Assembly (NCBI RefSeq): GCF_006345805.1 | Contig: NC_043015.1 | Span: 4,340,001-4,404,000 of the forward strand | From: Octopus sinensis | Taxonomy: Eukaryota | Length of the DNA: 64,000 nucleotides | Reading direction: 5' to 3' | Part shown: in pieces, positions 25,613 to 38,111 of the stretch | Position numbering within the stretch: position 1 is the first letter of the stretch | Layout: each line of letters opens with the position of its first letter | Program-made: the position numbers and the translations under genes | The notes under the pieces: model-generated | Told to the model about the DNA's origin: nothing | The model's input: only the letters and a program-made list of their open reading frames with translations | Databases searched by the model: none

Positions 25613-26036
25613 TATATATGTATGTGTGTGAGTGTACATGCATATGTAAATAGATATATATGATTATATGCATAGCGTTATAAACAGACACATATAGTAT
25701 ATTTCCTGTGTTCTTGCAGATGTAGCACCTAGTCTAAAAAACCTCATGTTATACAAGTACATGTAGAAGTGATATACATTGGTCCAGTATTAAGTCCCAA
25801 CTGCTTGTGCTGAGATCCTTGACCTTGCATGGAAATAAAAGCAATTGCTCAAAATAATTATACCAAATATCTTGCAAAAAAATACAATGAAGATCAACAG
25901 AGTGTATCTGAATTAAATAATAATCAATTTCCCACGGACGTATGCTTTGGTTCTCATAGCTCTGTGACTGAAAATACTAGTAAAGCTGTAAGTACTTGCT
26001 TTAGGCCAAATATAAGCTATTTTTATAGTTTATATT

Positions 26037-26194
26037 GTACTTGTTTCAGTTATCACATGTTGCCCTGCTGTGACAACTTGAACGTTTTAGTCGAATACCT
26101 CGACCACAGGATGTTGAGGTCATAAACACACAAACACCGGTTAGCTAGCGATGGTGGAGGTAAAACCACAGACACAAAGACACACACAGATATT

Positions 26195-26240
<46 letters not shown>

Positions 26241-26418
26241 GATCGTTAGCCACTACACATATTTTTTACTCTCCTTGTTTTTTTCTGTGTCCCTTTCTGT
26301 AGTAGAGCGTAGACTCGAAACGTAAAATACGTTTTTCTATTCCTGAGCATTATAGCAATATATCTGATTGTTTTGTACATCACCTGTCTTGTCACTTGTT
26401 TTTTTCGTAAACTCTCCC

Positions 26419-26479
<61 letters not shown>

Positions 26480-26620
26480 TATATATACGACACACTTCTT
26501 GCAGTTTCTGTCTACCGAATTCACTCACAAAGTCTTCGTCGGCCCGAAGCTATGTTACTGGGCACTTAGTAAAGGAATGAATATGTGGTTACGAAGAAAT
26601 CTTCTTACGACACAGTCACG
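26037..26620 (-). mobile_element. Degenerate SINE family B, interrupted in its internal (TA)n tract
   Basis: 3' part at 26037-26200, 5' part at 26485-26620, foreign insert at 26240-26420. Confidence 0.75.
26294..26327 (+). ncRNA. Minimal hammerhead-like motif in a PLE pseudo-LTR remnant (26240-26420)
   Basis: TTT-CTGTAGT-A-GAG-CGTAGA-CTC-GAAA-CG-TA-AAA; the core deviates from CTGANGA at two positions. Confidence 0.45.
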
Positions 26621-26645
26621 CTTTGGACTAAATCACAGACACACA

Positions 26646-26791
<146 letters not shown>

Positions 26792-27217
26792 TTACTTCTT
26801 GTTTACTAATCTATGATTGAATATCTGAAACTAACAGTGGAATGTGAAATAGAGCTACTGAAAATTATTGACTATATGCGATTCTTTCCATGAAAGGCAT
26901 GGCTTTTCCTTATCAGCATTTCGTGCTGATATTGATTATTAAATAATTCCGAAAATCAATTAATTCACAAATGTCAAATAGTTAACTGTTAAATAATTGT
27001 CATGAATATATCATTCACATTACTATTTACTGCATTTCGTTACTTGCAAAATGTACTTCCTGCTTTTAACTTCTTATTTAGAAATTTGAATGGTTTTTGT
27101 CTCTCGTTTCAGAGCCGATCGAAATATTTAAATGAGATTCCATAATTTGGAAAAAGTTTTCATAAGTAAGACTAAATATCTTATGAAGAGCAAGGGGGAT
27201 GTATCTGATATGAGGAA

Positions 27218-29188
27218 TGTTGTAATCCGACGTCAGACTGTTATAAGGTCCAACGCGGTATAGAAGTATAGGTAGTTAGAGAACTAAGACACGACTATCA
27301 ATGGCTGAACACGCCAACTTGTCGACGTTACAGTATCTATAACGACTTCACGTACCACTCCCCATGTGAATGATTGTTCCATTATTATTATTATTATCCC
27401 CATATCCTCTCTTTTAAGTGTTTCTTTTTCTTAGGCAGTGTAATGCCATTTCTTTCCTTTAACAATTGTTTACAACACCCCACTTCCCATTTTGAGAGGT
27501 TTCTTTTCAAACAGTTTCAAATTCAAATTTTTTTTCATTTTATCATTACTCCCAAGAACTCCGTAAGTTTTCTGGGTTTTTTTCCCGATTCTGCATGTGG
27601 TTTCAATTATTTGTAATGGCGTTGGTACTTGAAATGTATCATATAACCATTCCACTAGTTCTTCCATTCTCTTGGGTTCGCTCCTAACGATTATTATTCT
27701 TTAGTTGATACATGTGTTGCTTGTTTATAGCTTTTATACCTTGTACAACGTAAAGCGTTCCTCCGTTCTTCCCGAATTCGTTTTCCATTCTCATATGCCC
27801 TAATAAATATAATTTCACCAATTTTGAAATATCTTCTTTTCTTGCCAATTACTAATTCATTGAAGGGTTAATCTATTTTCCTCGCAAGCATCAGCTCTAC
27901 TGGTGACATACCTGCTGGTGTATTTAGATTTAGTGTCACACGGTATACTCATAAGAGATGTCTTCTTGGTTTTACAGTGTGCTTTTAAGTATCTAATTTT
28001 TCCGCAACGGAAACATTCCGCTTTCTTAGATAGGCAGTTTTTTTTTTCCCCAAAAAAATATAAACATCTACATTCACAATCTGGGCTCGTTACCCGATTG
28101 ATCTGTGTCCTTACACTTCTGTATTGTAGTACACGCTTGATATTTTTTATTCTGCCAGTTTGCACATGTGTCATTTAGGAGCAAATTTTATTTTAATTTT
28201 CTAGGAGTCGCGTCTTATATTTACTATTCTTTCGCACTCTTTCTGACGCTTATAAGGTAAGAGCATTCTTGGTGTTACTTCTGTGTCATATTCTGCATTT
28301 AGTCGCTGAGTAAATACCAGGCACTTGTACATAACTGGCGTTAACTAGTCCCGTTGGAACTTTTCACATTCTTTGTTAACTCTACCAGCATAGGTGATGT
28401 AGTCTTCCTCGTTGTTCTTGTGTTGTTTGAAACATTTCTAGTGTGTACTGAACAATGAACATTTACTCACAAAAAGATTAAAACAATATGAATATTGTAT
28501 TTATGAAGTTTATGTCAGAAGGTCTTTTTCGAGAGTACATAATTACTATAACGCTCAGATTACCCTGTTGCCATTTTTTCTAGGATAAGATGCGTTTTCA
28601 TATTTACGTCCCAACCTTTTCACTCTTTATAGAAGAACTGTTCGTATCTTCTATAGTATGCTGTGAAGTTAACTCCTTCCAGTGGTTCTTACTTAAATTC
28701 GGTTCTTGAATTTGCATCACAATCTTGCGAGAATCTCTAATCAGCATTTTTGGATGACCTCCTATGCATTAATTACAGCATTATGTAATAGTTGTTGTTG
28801 TTCTTCTTCCTCTTGCAGTAGTGATTTTTGTTGGTTTTGTTCTTGCTCCTTTTCCTGTTGCTGTTGTTTCTGCAGTTGTTGTTCTTGGTTTTTTCTGCAG
28901 CTAATGCTGCTTCTGCTGCTGTTGATCGTACAGTTGCTGTTCTTGTCTCTGCAACTCGAGCAAACCGGCTAACATATAGTCCATGATTTTACGCATTTGA
29001 ATACCGTAAAATTCGCACAAACAACTTTTGTGAGTTTCGTAACTCCTTGTGTGTTTGCCAGTATGCCAGTATAGTCAGTGAGACAAATAAGACATGACCG
29101 TCAACATCGACTACTAGACGTCACAGTTTTTGTAACGACTAACACATACCAAACGTGGAAGGGTTGTTCTATTATTATCCCCATAACA
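27218..29188 (-). mobile_element. Internally deleted, decayed Gypsy-type LTR retrotransposon
   Basis: Two diverged LTRs (~27218-27405 and ~29050-29188, minus start TGTTATGGGGATAATAAT); PPT-like AAAAGAGAGGA next to the 3' LTR; Gln-rich N-terminus; gag motifs FTAYYRRYE, EDYITYAGRVNKECEKF, YKCLVF; knuckle AECFRCGK; short pol tail; no RT. Confidence 0.8.
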
Positions 29189-29849
29189 AGCCAATATATC
29201 TTTAAATAGCGATAGATAATCATATGTTAGTATAATACTAAAACAATAACCATCATCAGGAGAAGTTTAAAAAATGTTTTCCTACTTTAAATAATATCGG
29301 CATAATAGTTATCATTCCATGAAATATTTCTATCCTTACTTTATAATCTTTTTTTCTTTTTCAGAATTCTACTAAATATATATCATGAAATTTTCATAGA
29401 AATTTAATAATAGGAATGAGATTTACTTTAACAAATCAATGAGGAATAAACCTGCATTATAATGTGTATTCAAAAGTATCTTTAGAACATGAATTAGATT
29501 TTTCAAATATGCAATCAAATTTATCTGGTGATTAAACCTTGTCATCACCATGGATAAATGTCTCAATCCTTCAAGGGCGGACATGCTCATATATATCTTT
29601 TGAATATAATTTTCAATTGATGTATACATTAAGTTTCCATATTCCTTAAACGAAATCATTTTTTCTGTTCCAATATGGGAAACTGTCCTTTCGTATTTTG
29701 AGCTTTAAATTTATGTTACAAACGAGAAATGTTATTTTCCATATTATGGACAGACAGTCACATGACTTAGTGTATTGATACAGTGTGACGTGTAATGTTT
29801 TGCTGTATTTGATATCGTTATTTACGTTCTCTATTCCAGTTGATCCTGC

Positions 29850-30370
29850 GTCATAAAAAATATAAACTAATATAGATCAATGAAAAATAAAGGACATGCA
29901 CGTCTTGATTTTTGAGACCATCTAGAGAAACTCAAACTTTATTCCCCCCAAAGCCACAATGAGCACTGTATCATTTGTACATTATGGAAAATATTCCAAC
30001 ATCATCGCACAAATGACGTTAGCATCACCTTTAGATTTCTCCAAAGGCTTGATCCACACGTCGTTCGTCCACTTCAAATATCTCGTTTGTGTCACATCAC
30101 GATAGGAAGATAAATTTCACCTCTCTAACATCGAGTCGAGTCACAGAAGAGATGAAAAAGATTTCATAACATTCAAAAGTGTCTTTGACGAATATCTGGA
30201 ATAAGAAATTACAGATAAACAACTAAAACCCGGATATATAAAACTTTACCCGATTAGGTCATGGTGCCCAAAGGACGAATGCAATATGAAACATCATTAA
30301 ATGTTTATTGCAGATGGTTCAAATAAGTTAGTCAGAGCCTTGGTCAATTCTGGCTGATAATTTATCTGAA
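29850..30370 (+). mobile_element. 3' end of a CR1-group LINE, heavily decayed
   Basis: DHLEKLKLYSPQ..IICTLWKIF..TFKSVFDEYL..PGY resembles the CR1 ORF2 C-terminus. Confidence 0.65.
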
Positions 30371-30394
30371 TATCTAAGTACCAATATTATATAA

Positions 30395-30520
30395 GAATAA
30401 ATAATTATAAGTATAAATAATTATAAATATAATAATTATAAAATTATATAAGTATAAATAAGTATAAAATTTTATAGGTATAAATTATGTAAGTATGAAT
30501 ACCAAAATTATAAGTATAAA
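30395..30520. repeat. AT-rich ~10/20-bp minisatellite (TAAGTATAAATAATTATAAA-like)
   Basis: Directly visible. Confidence 0.75.
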
Positions 30521-32211
30521 TAGCACAAACAACTTTACCTGAAACCAATATATAACGTACTTCAAATAGAAAACGAAAAAAAAATTATACACGTTACAAA
30601 AATTATAGATTAGTAATTTTAAAGATACGTGAAACATACTTCTAATGATAATGTAGCATATGTTTGCTAACCAATGATTTTGACAGATAAATGCTCACAC
30701 AAATGGAATAAGCATTGCATGTAAATAAATTTACATTCCATTAGGTTCAATAGTAAATATTACACTTCCTATACAATATTGATTTATATTCCTTTTTTCA
30801 TTATTTTTTAGAATCGTATTTTAAACAGCCAAGATAGTGATGCATCCATATCAATATATTAGAATTCTTTCTAAATTTAAGTAAGTTATTTCTTATGAAA
30901 TTCATCAGAATATGATAGTGGACGTATCACTCAGAGTGATACTGTCATTAATATAATCATGCAAGAGAGGGAATCTTTGCAATTTTACAAGACTTATATT
31001 TAAGCAATGCTAGTAATGCAGTCACTGTTAGATATTCAGGTTTTGAAATATAGAATTGATATGAATGGACATCTTACTTTTCTTTGGATGAGGTTCCTTT
31101 GTAAAGATTTTAGTAATTACAATATTATGGGATACATATTTTGATAATAATAACTAACTACAAAATTGATCTTATTGTGAGTATTCATAAAATGACCCAA
31201 GGAGGGTGAATTTCAATATTATTTTGGAAATGAATCTGGGTATGATGTATTGCAGAGAAAATATATGTTTACATATACAGGTAAATAATATTCCTCATAG
31301 TAACACTAATAGGAAATGTATTATTCTGGTGTTAATTCCAAATAGCCTCAAAGTAGAAATAGTATTATAGCCAATAGTTTACGCCAGTGCTATTTGCAGA
31401 TTCTAAATAAGCTAGTGGTGCGTTCTCCGCTACAAACGTTGCTGTTGAAAACTTCTTATTTAAGATGCAGGATTTCGCATATTGGATTACTGATAATCCA
31501 GGTATGTAGAATGGATGTTGAATTGCTCATATTACAATGGCGACCATGATGATCACATGCATAAATATATGAGATAAAATGTGAGCCAAAAAAATAAAAA
31601 AGTTTAAAGAAAACATTTGTGAAAATTTAATCACTGGTAGATTTCATTATAAATGAGGGTTTTTTTTTATGTGACATTTAAGACCAATGATTATCATTTT
31701 AAACTCTTGCAAAGAGTACATAATAACAGGGATATGATTCTAAGCACAAAATACGTGTACTTACATTCAAGCACATAAATACAGATATGTGTGTGTTTAT
31801 GTATGTATCTATGTGAGTGTGTGTGTGTGTCGGTGTATTTCTGTGTAAGCGTTTGTCACAATGCTTTAAAGTATACTTTAATGTATAAGTGTTGGAATTA
31901 AATATGTACGCGATCAAGCGTCATCGCCTGACTGATATTCAACAAACACTTCCAAAAATTAATTATTGAGTATTTGTTTAATGTTAACCAAATATTTGTA
32001 CAATGTTAACACAGGCAATTAGCTGATCCCTGATTATAAATTATGCTTATAATTTTTGAAAATTTGTGTAATGTGACCCAAAGAGAATATTTTAACGTAC
32101 CGAACTACTTGGAAGAGTTAGAAATTATTAAATAATTGATTGATTAATAATTAATTCATATATATATATATATACGTACATGCACAAACACACACACACA
32201 CACACACACAC

Positions 32212-32265
<54 letters not shown>

Positions 32266-32303
32266 TAAATAAATATATAAATATATACGTATATATATAT
32301 ATA

Positions 32304-32339
<36 letters not shown>

Positions 32340-32376
32340 ATTATAATAAGTGTAGATCGTATACGAGTGTGCATAT

Positions 32377-32910
32377 ATTTATAAAAAAGAAGTTTGAAAA
32401 CGCCAGTATGAAAGATAAATTTTAATTTTCTTAGAAATTTTACATGTTTGAAAAAACGAACCTTATCAAAAATATTTTAAAAAGTTAAGTGTAATAAAAA
32501 AGTTCATAGTTGTTTCTTACTGGTCTCAACAGAATCCACGTTGTGTTTGTGTGTGTGCGTGCGTGAGTGGTCAGTGGCTGAAATGGCCAATTCAGCCACT
32601 GACAATCGGACACATAAGACAGCTAAAACAACCACGTGGATCTGTTGAGACCAGTAAGACACACTTATGAACTGTTTTATTACACTCAGCTTTAAATTTA
32701 CAGCTATTATGCTTATTCCCCACAAAACGCCACCACGTGGATTCTGTTGAGACCAGTAAGAAACGATTATGAACTTTTTATTACACTTAACTTTTTAAAA
32801 TATTTTTGATAAGGTTCGTTTTTTCAAGAAGAACCGAAACATGTAAAATTTCTAAGAATATTAAAATTTATCTTATATAGTGGCGTTTTCAAACGTCTTT
32901 TTTATAAATA
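32377..32910. mobile_element. Inverted pair of PLE pseudo-LTR fragments (~170-bp arms at 32377-32545 and 32731-32910)
   Basis: Arms are reverse complements; third partial copy at 32631-32700; hammerhead in the right arm; microsatellite flanks. Confidence 0.75.
32802..32849 (+). ncRNA. Type I minimal hammerhead ribozyme, U3-A8 core variant
   Basis: ATTT-TTGATAA-GGTTC-(13 nt)-GAACC-GAAA-CATG-TA-AAAT. Confidence 0.7.
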
Positions 32911-32919
32911 CACACACAG

Positions 32920-32960
<41 letters not shown>

Positions 32961-33423
32961 CGCACACAGAAATCCAGAATTATCTGTGAGTGAACACAGG
33001 ATCTTCTCACAGCAATGTAAACTTCATATATTCATCGTTTCTTTCGCCTGCATAGAAAGTAGCATTCACCTCATTTCGATAATTTGTACTTTCAAGATTC
33101 CAGTAGCTATGGACATATGTTGTTTGGATTTTATTTACTCCTTTCACTAATTTAGTGATATCTAATTGCATATATAGCAACCGTGAACAACAAAATACTC
33201 TTATCGTACTTCCAAAAGAGAAAAAATTTACAAACGTTCGCATCGATAAACGATTATTTTTTTTGTTTTTGAAAGTTGAAATTTATATCTTCTACTGACT
33301 GCTTGAAGCTCACTAACTTCCTACTATTTGATCCTTGTATCTTACATTTGCATACACATCTAGATCTCTGTCTCTTTCTCTTTCTTTTACTCTTTCCATC
33401 TCTATTTCCTTCTCTCTATATAT

Positions 33424-33481
<58 letters not shown>

Positions 33482-33484
33482 TGA

Positions 33485-34150
33485 TAAAACGGTAAGATAA
33501 CAAAAGAAAGAAAGAGACCTCAATATTATGTAAATAGAGGAAATTTATCTATACAATAGGTTACATTACTCGGTAGTCAAGATAAAACTCTGAGTTTCAG
33601 ATGCCGATGTGGAAATCCACAACACCATCTCTTCGGTTATCTGGCTATTTGAAAACGTTATGAAAAATTACCGTTAAATAAAGGGAAATTACTCTGTTAT
33701 AACTCTGCTTCCCGTCATACTTATACATCGCTCGCATTTTTCGTCATAAAAATTATATAAAAATACATAAAAAATATATTAAAAATATATAAAAATATAT
33801 AAAAATATAAAAATATATAAAAAAATATATTAAAAAATATATAAAAATATATAAATTCTTCTTGGGACATAACATAGAAAGCATGTTCTATCTGTTTTCT
33901 TTAGGGGACCAAAAACGTAACAGAAATTTAGTCTCATGTGGGCATGATCCGAAAAGCTCTGTCCTTGTATTTAGACATGTAGTAGGGTCTAAGCTGCTTT
34001 TCCAGATAAGCCATCTCTCCATGTCGCATAGACCGCACCTTCCGCTGTCGTTAGTATAGGGCTTACATCTGGCCAAAATCACCCATTGTATGTTATAATC
34101 GACACCTTTATCTCTTAAAGACCAAATATGATTAGACAATTTTGTCGCTT
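33485..34150 (-). mobile_element. 5'-truncated Penelope-like element: GIY-YIG C-terminus plus 3' region
   Basis: ORF 34139-33888 LSNHIWSL..YNIQWVIL..RCGLCDMERWLI..LNTRTELFGSCPH has an extra CxxC, resembling Hydra-clade PLE endonucleases; (TA)n on both sides. Confidence 0.8.
33580..33642 (-). ncRNA. Hammerhead-like motif downstream of the GIY-YIG ORF
   Basis: AGATAA-CCGAAGA-GATG..CATC-T-GAAA-CTC-A-GAG-TT-TTATCT; all three stems present, with U4C and one extra T. Confidence 0.55.
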
Positions 34151-34276
34151 ATATATATATATATAACAATTAAGGATAAAATCTTAAGAAATCTTAACAC
34201 GAAATTATCAGGTAGTTAGCGTGAAAACCTCATAAGAGAAAAAATCTGAATATTTGTTCACTTGAAAATATTTGTT

Positions 34277-34413
34277 TATATTGTATAGAGGGCATTATTA
34301 CACATAAATGCCACGCGCTAGGAGGGACTTTCAAAGTCATTACTACTTTTGGTAGTAATGACTTTGAAAGTCCCTCCTAGCGTGTGGCATTTATGTGTAA
34401 TAATGCCCTGTAT

Positions 34414-34421
<8 letters not shown>
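34277..34421. repeat. Near-perfect palindrome (70-bp arms, 5-nt spacer), probably an inverted PLE junction
   Basis: 34277-34346 versus 34352-34421; two mismatches counted. Confidence 0.9.
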
Positions 34422-34466
<45 letters not shown>

Positions 34467-34502
34467 TGTGTGTGTGTGTGTGTATGCATAATGCTTACAT
34501 AT

Positions 34503-34545
<43 letters not shown>

Positions 34546-34618
34546 ATATATATATATATATATAATGTGTGTGTGTGTGTTGTGTGTGTGTGTGTATGCA
34601 TAATGCTTACATATACAC

Positions 34619-34691
<73 letters not shown>

Positions 34692-35071
34692 TTTTGTGTG
34701 TGTGTGTATGTATACATACATACATTACCTGACAGATCGAGAGAGAATCAGACGTGCACATAGATTAAATGTTTATAAATGTATATAAATATCAGAATAT
34801 ATTTCAATCAAACACACGATATACATAAAAGAAGAACAACGAAACAATTGATTTGTTCTCTTGTATCGTTGTTGGAGTCGAAATATAACCTCGAGTGTTA
34901 AATGCTACATATTATCATTAAATTAGATACCTCTCTATCGATGGAGTACGCTGATGGAATAATCGTCTTACCTCTAAGTTTGCAAATTGCATTAATATCT
35001 GTTAAATCTTTCATCATGCATATTTCTCTATGTCACTCAGTCAATGAATCCGTCTCCTCTCTGTCTCTCTT

Positions 35072-35117
<46 letters not shown>

Positions 35118-35487
35118 ATATATATATATATATCTATATATATATATATATATAATATATATATAATATATATATATATACATATATATACACACCAAAT
35201 CGGTTATCAAGCGTTGTTGTGAGGGACAAACACGGACGCACGCACGCAAACACACACACATATGTATATGAGGGGCTTCTGCAAAATTTTGGTCACAGGT
35301 TGCTACGCAATGGGACAGAACCCAGAGTCATATGGTTGGTAAGCAACCTACTTGCCACACAGGAACTCTTGCGGCTAACGTGAACATTTATTTATATAAA
35401 TATAATTATACAGATACACACACATACGAACACAAACGTACGCACACACGCACACACACAAATACATACTTATATAAATATAAGCAT

Positions 35488-35665
35488 GTGGCTGTGTGGT
35501 AAGTAGCTTGCTAACCAACCACATGGTTCCGGGTTCAGTCCCACTGCGTGGCATCTTGGGCAAGTGTCTTCTGCTATAGCCCCGGGCCGACAAATGCCTT
35601 GTGAGTGGATTTGGTAGACGGAAACTGAAAGACGCCTGTCGTATATATGTATATATATAATATAT

Positions 35666-35759
<94 letters not shown>

Positions 35760-35973
35760 GTGTGTATCTGTTTGTGTGTCTGTGTTTGTCCCACTAGCAT
35801 TGCTTGACAACCGATGCTGGTGTGTTTACGTCCCCGTCACTTAGCGGTTCAGCAAAGGAGAACGATAAAATAAGTACTGGGCTTACAAAGAATAAGTTCC
35901 GGGGTCGATTTGCTCGACTAAAGTTGGTGCTCCAGCATGGCCGCAGTCAAATGACTGAAACAAGTAAAAGAGT
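35488..35973 (+). mobile_element. Well-preserved SINE family B
   Basis: TGGCTGTGTGGTAAG (A box), GGTTCAGTCCC (B box), internal microsatellite, tail GGTGCTCCAGCATGGCCGCAGTCAAATGACTGAAACAAGTAAAAGAG. Confidence 0.92.
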
Positions 35974-36044
35974 AATACACATACACACACATACGAACAC
36001 ACACGTACGCACACACGCATACACACATATACATACTTATGTAG

Positions 36045-36092
<48 letters not shown>

Positions 36093-36883
36093 ATGTGTGC
36101 GTGTGTGTGTGTTCCTGGGCCTGTGCGTGTCTATGAAAACCTGTAATCTGCATAGATGCATATGTACATTTTATATAATCACATACATGCGTGGACTGAA
36201 ACCTGCAATCACATTTGTATATAGACACACAAACAGACACACGAACAAACACATACATACACGCGCATACATACATACGCGCACACAGTGAGACACTCAG
36301 TTATATATCCTTACAAATGTTAACAGATAAGCTATGTGATGTATGATTTTCTTTTCTGTTTGAAATAATTCCGATAAATTAATTAATGTCTAAGTCGATG
36401 AAATCATTTGTAATTCTTTTTAATCTAATTAGCAGGAAATACTAAATGTTTATTTAAACATTGCAGATGTGCAAATGCAGTTTACGTGCTTCATAACTCG
36501 TATTGTATTTTTTTAACTGAAAATTAAATTTGCGATAGTGTTATTTAGATTTTTCAGATTATTATAAAATTTATGGTTATTCGTTTACAAACTTCATATG
36601 ATATTTATAAGAGAATAGTTTCTAACACGTATAACATGAGCTTGTTTTTTTACTCTGAGAAGTGATGTATATTTTTAAATATGTATTCAGTTTTGAAATA
36701 TTCTGATAATTTTCTTTATATATATATATATATATATATTTATATTTGTGTATAAGTGCGTGCGTGGTTTTTGTACATACATATGTATGTTTGTGTATCT
36801 TTGTCTTTGTCTCTGTGTGTGCATGTATGCATATATGTATATCTATACATATGTATGTGACTAATACACCTACAAATAAATAC

Positions 36884-36956
<73 letters not shown>

Positions 36957-36970
36957 TGTATATGGATGGA

Positions 36971-37353
36971 TGGAAGCACTCCGTCGGTTACGACGACGAG
37001 GGTTCCGGTTGATCCGAATCAACGGAACAGCCTGCTCGTGAAATTAACGTGTAAGTGGCTGAGCACTCCACAGACACGTGTACCCTTAACGTAGTTCTCG
37101 GGGATATTCAGCGTGACACAGAGAGTGACAAGGCCTGCCCTTTGAAATACAGGTACAACAGAAACAGGAAGTAAAAGTGAGAGAAAGTTGTGGTGAAAGA
37201 GTACAGCAGGGATCACCACCATCCCCTGCCGGAGCCTCGTGGAGCTTTAGGTGTTTTCGCTCAATAAACACTCACAACGCCCGGTCTGGGAATCGAAACC
37301 GCGATCCTATGACCGCGAGTCCGCTGCCCTAACCACTGGGCCATTGCGCCTCC
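36971..37353 (-). mobile_element. Full-length SINE family C within a (TA)n tract
   Basis: Reverse complement of 5389-5773; short (TCCA)n tail. Confidence 0.92.
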
Positions 37354-37366
37354 ACATGTATATATA

Positions 37367-37526
<160 letters not shown>

Positions 37527-37586
37527 CATACACACTGAGAAATATACATTGATATGTGCGTATATGTGTGAGTGTGTGTGTTTGTT

Positions 37587-37635
<49 letters not shown>

Positions 37636-37925
37636 TGCTATAAACAGTGCATTCATATAGCGACACACGCTATCGTCATCTACACGTTCTCTGGCGCTTC
37701 TTTGGAAACTATGCTGGAGTAAAGAATTTTTTACTGATAGAGAAAATTCTAATACTGTAAGTTATTACTGTTATTGCCTCTTATTATAAAGATTGAAGTT
37801 ACATTTCTGAAACAAGATTAATGATACATGATTGGTATATTTATAATTATCTAGCTTCTGCAGTTTATTTATTTATTTTTATTTTACAATTACTTTTTTT
37901 AATCTATCGTAAACATGCACATACC

Positions 37926-38111
37926 CAGTGGAGGATTTACCATTGTGCTTGATGTGCTGAAGTACAGGGCCCTATTGTCCAGCAGTGGGTCATCTTTCTG
38001 CGTCCAGTTTATTTCAGGATTAACTTTATGAGTATGTATGCTTCACAGTCTAAGTAGGGATCATCATAAATTAACTAGCTCAAGGCCTCATTTGTCATAA
38101 GTCCGGCACTG
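37926..38111. mobile_element. 186-bp hAT-type MITE
   Basis: Perfect 8-bp TSD CACATACC (37918-37925, 38112-38119); imperfect TIRs CAGTGGAGGATTTA / TAAGTCCGGCACTG. Confidence 0.85.

Noticed and set aside
28706-28972. Cys-rich ORF resembling metallothionein
   Set aside because: Antisense of the Gln-rich gag N-terminus of the Gypsy relic.
29423-29659. 78-aa minus-strand ORF
   Set aside because: No recognisable motif or splice context on that strand.
34440-34700. Duplicated TGTATGCATAATGCTTACATATACAC core amid TA/TG/CA tracts
   Set aside because: Likely slippage or consensus error in low-complexity sequence.
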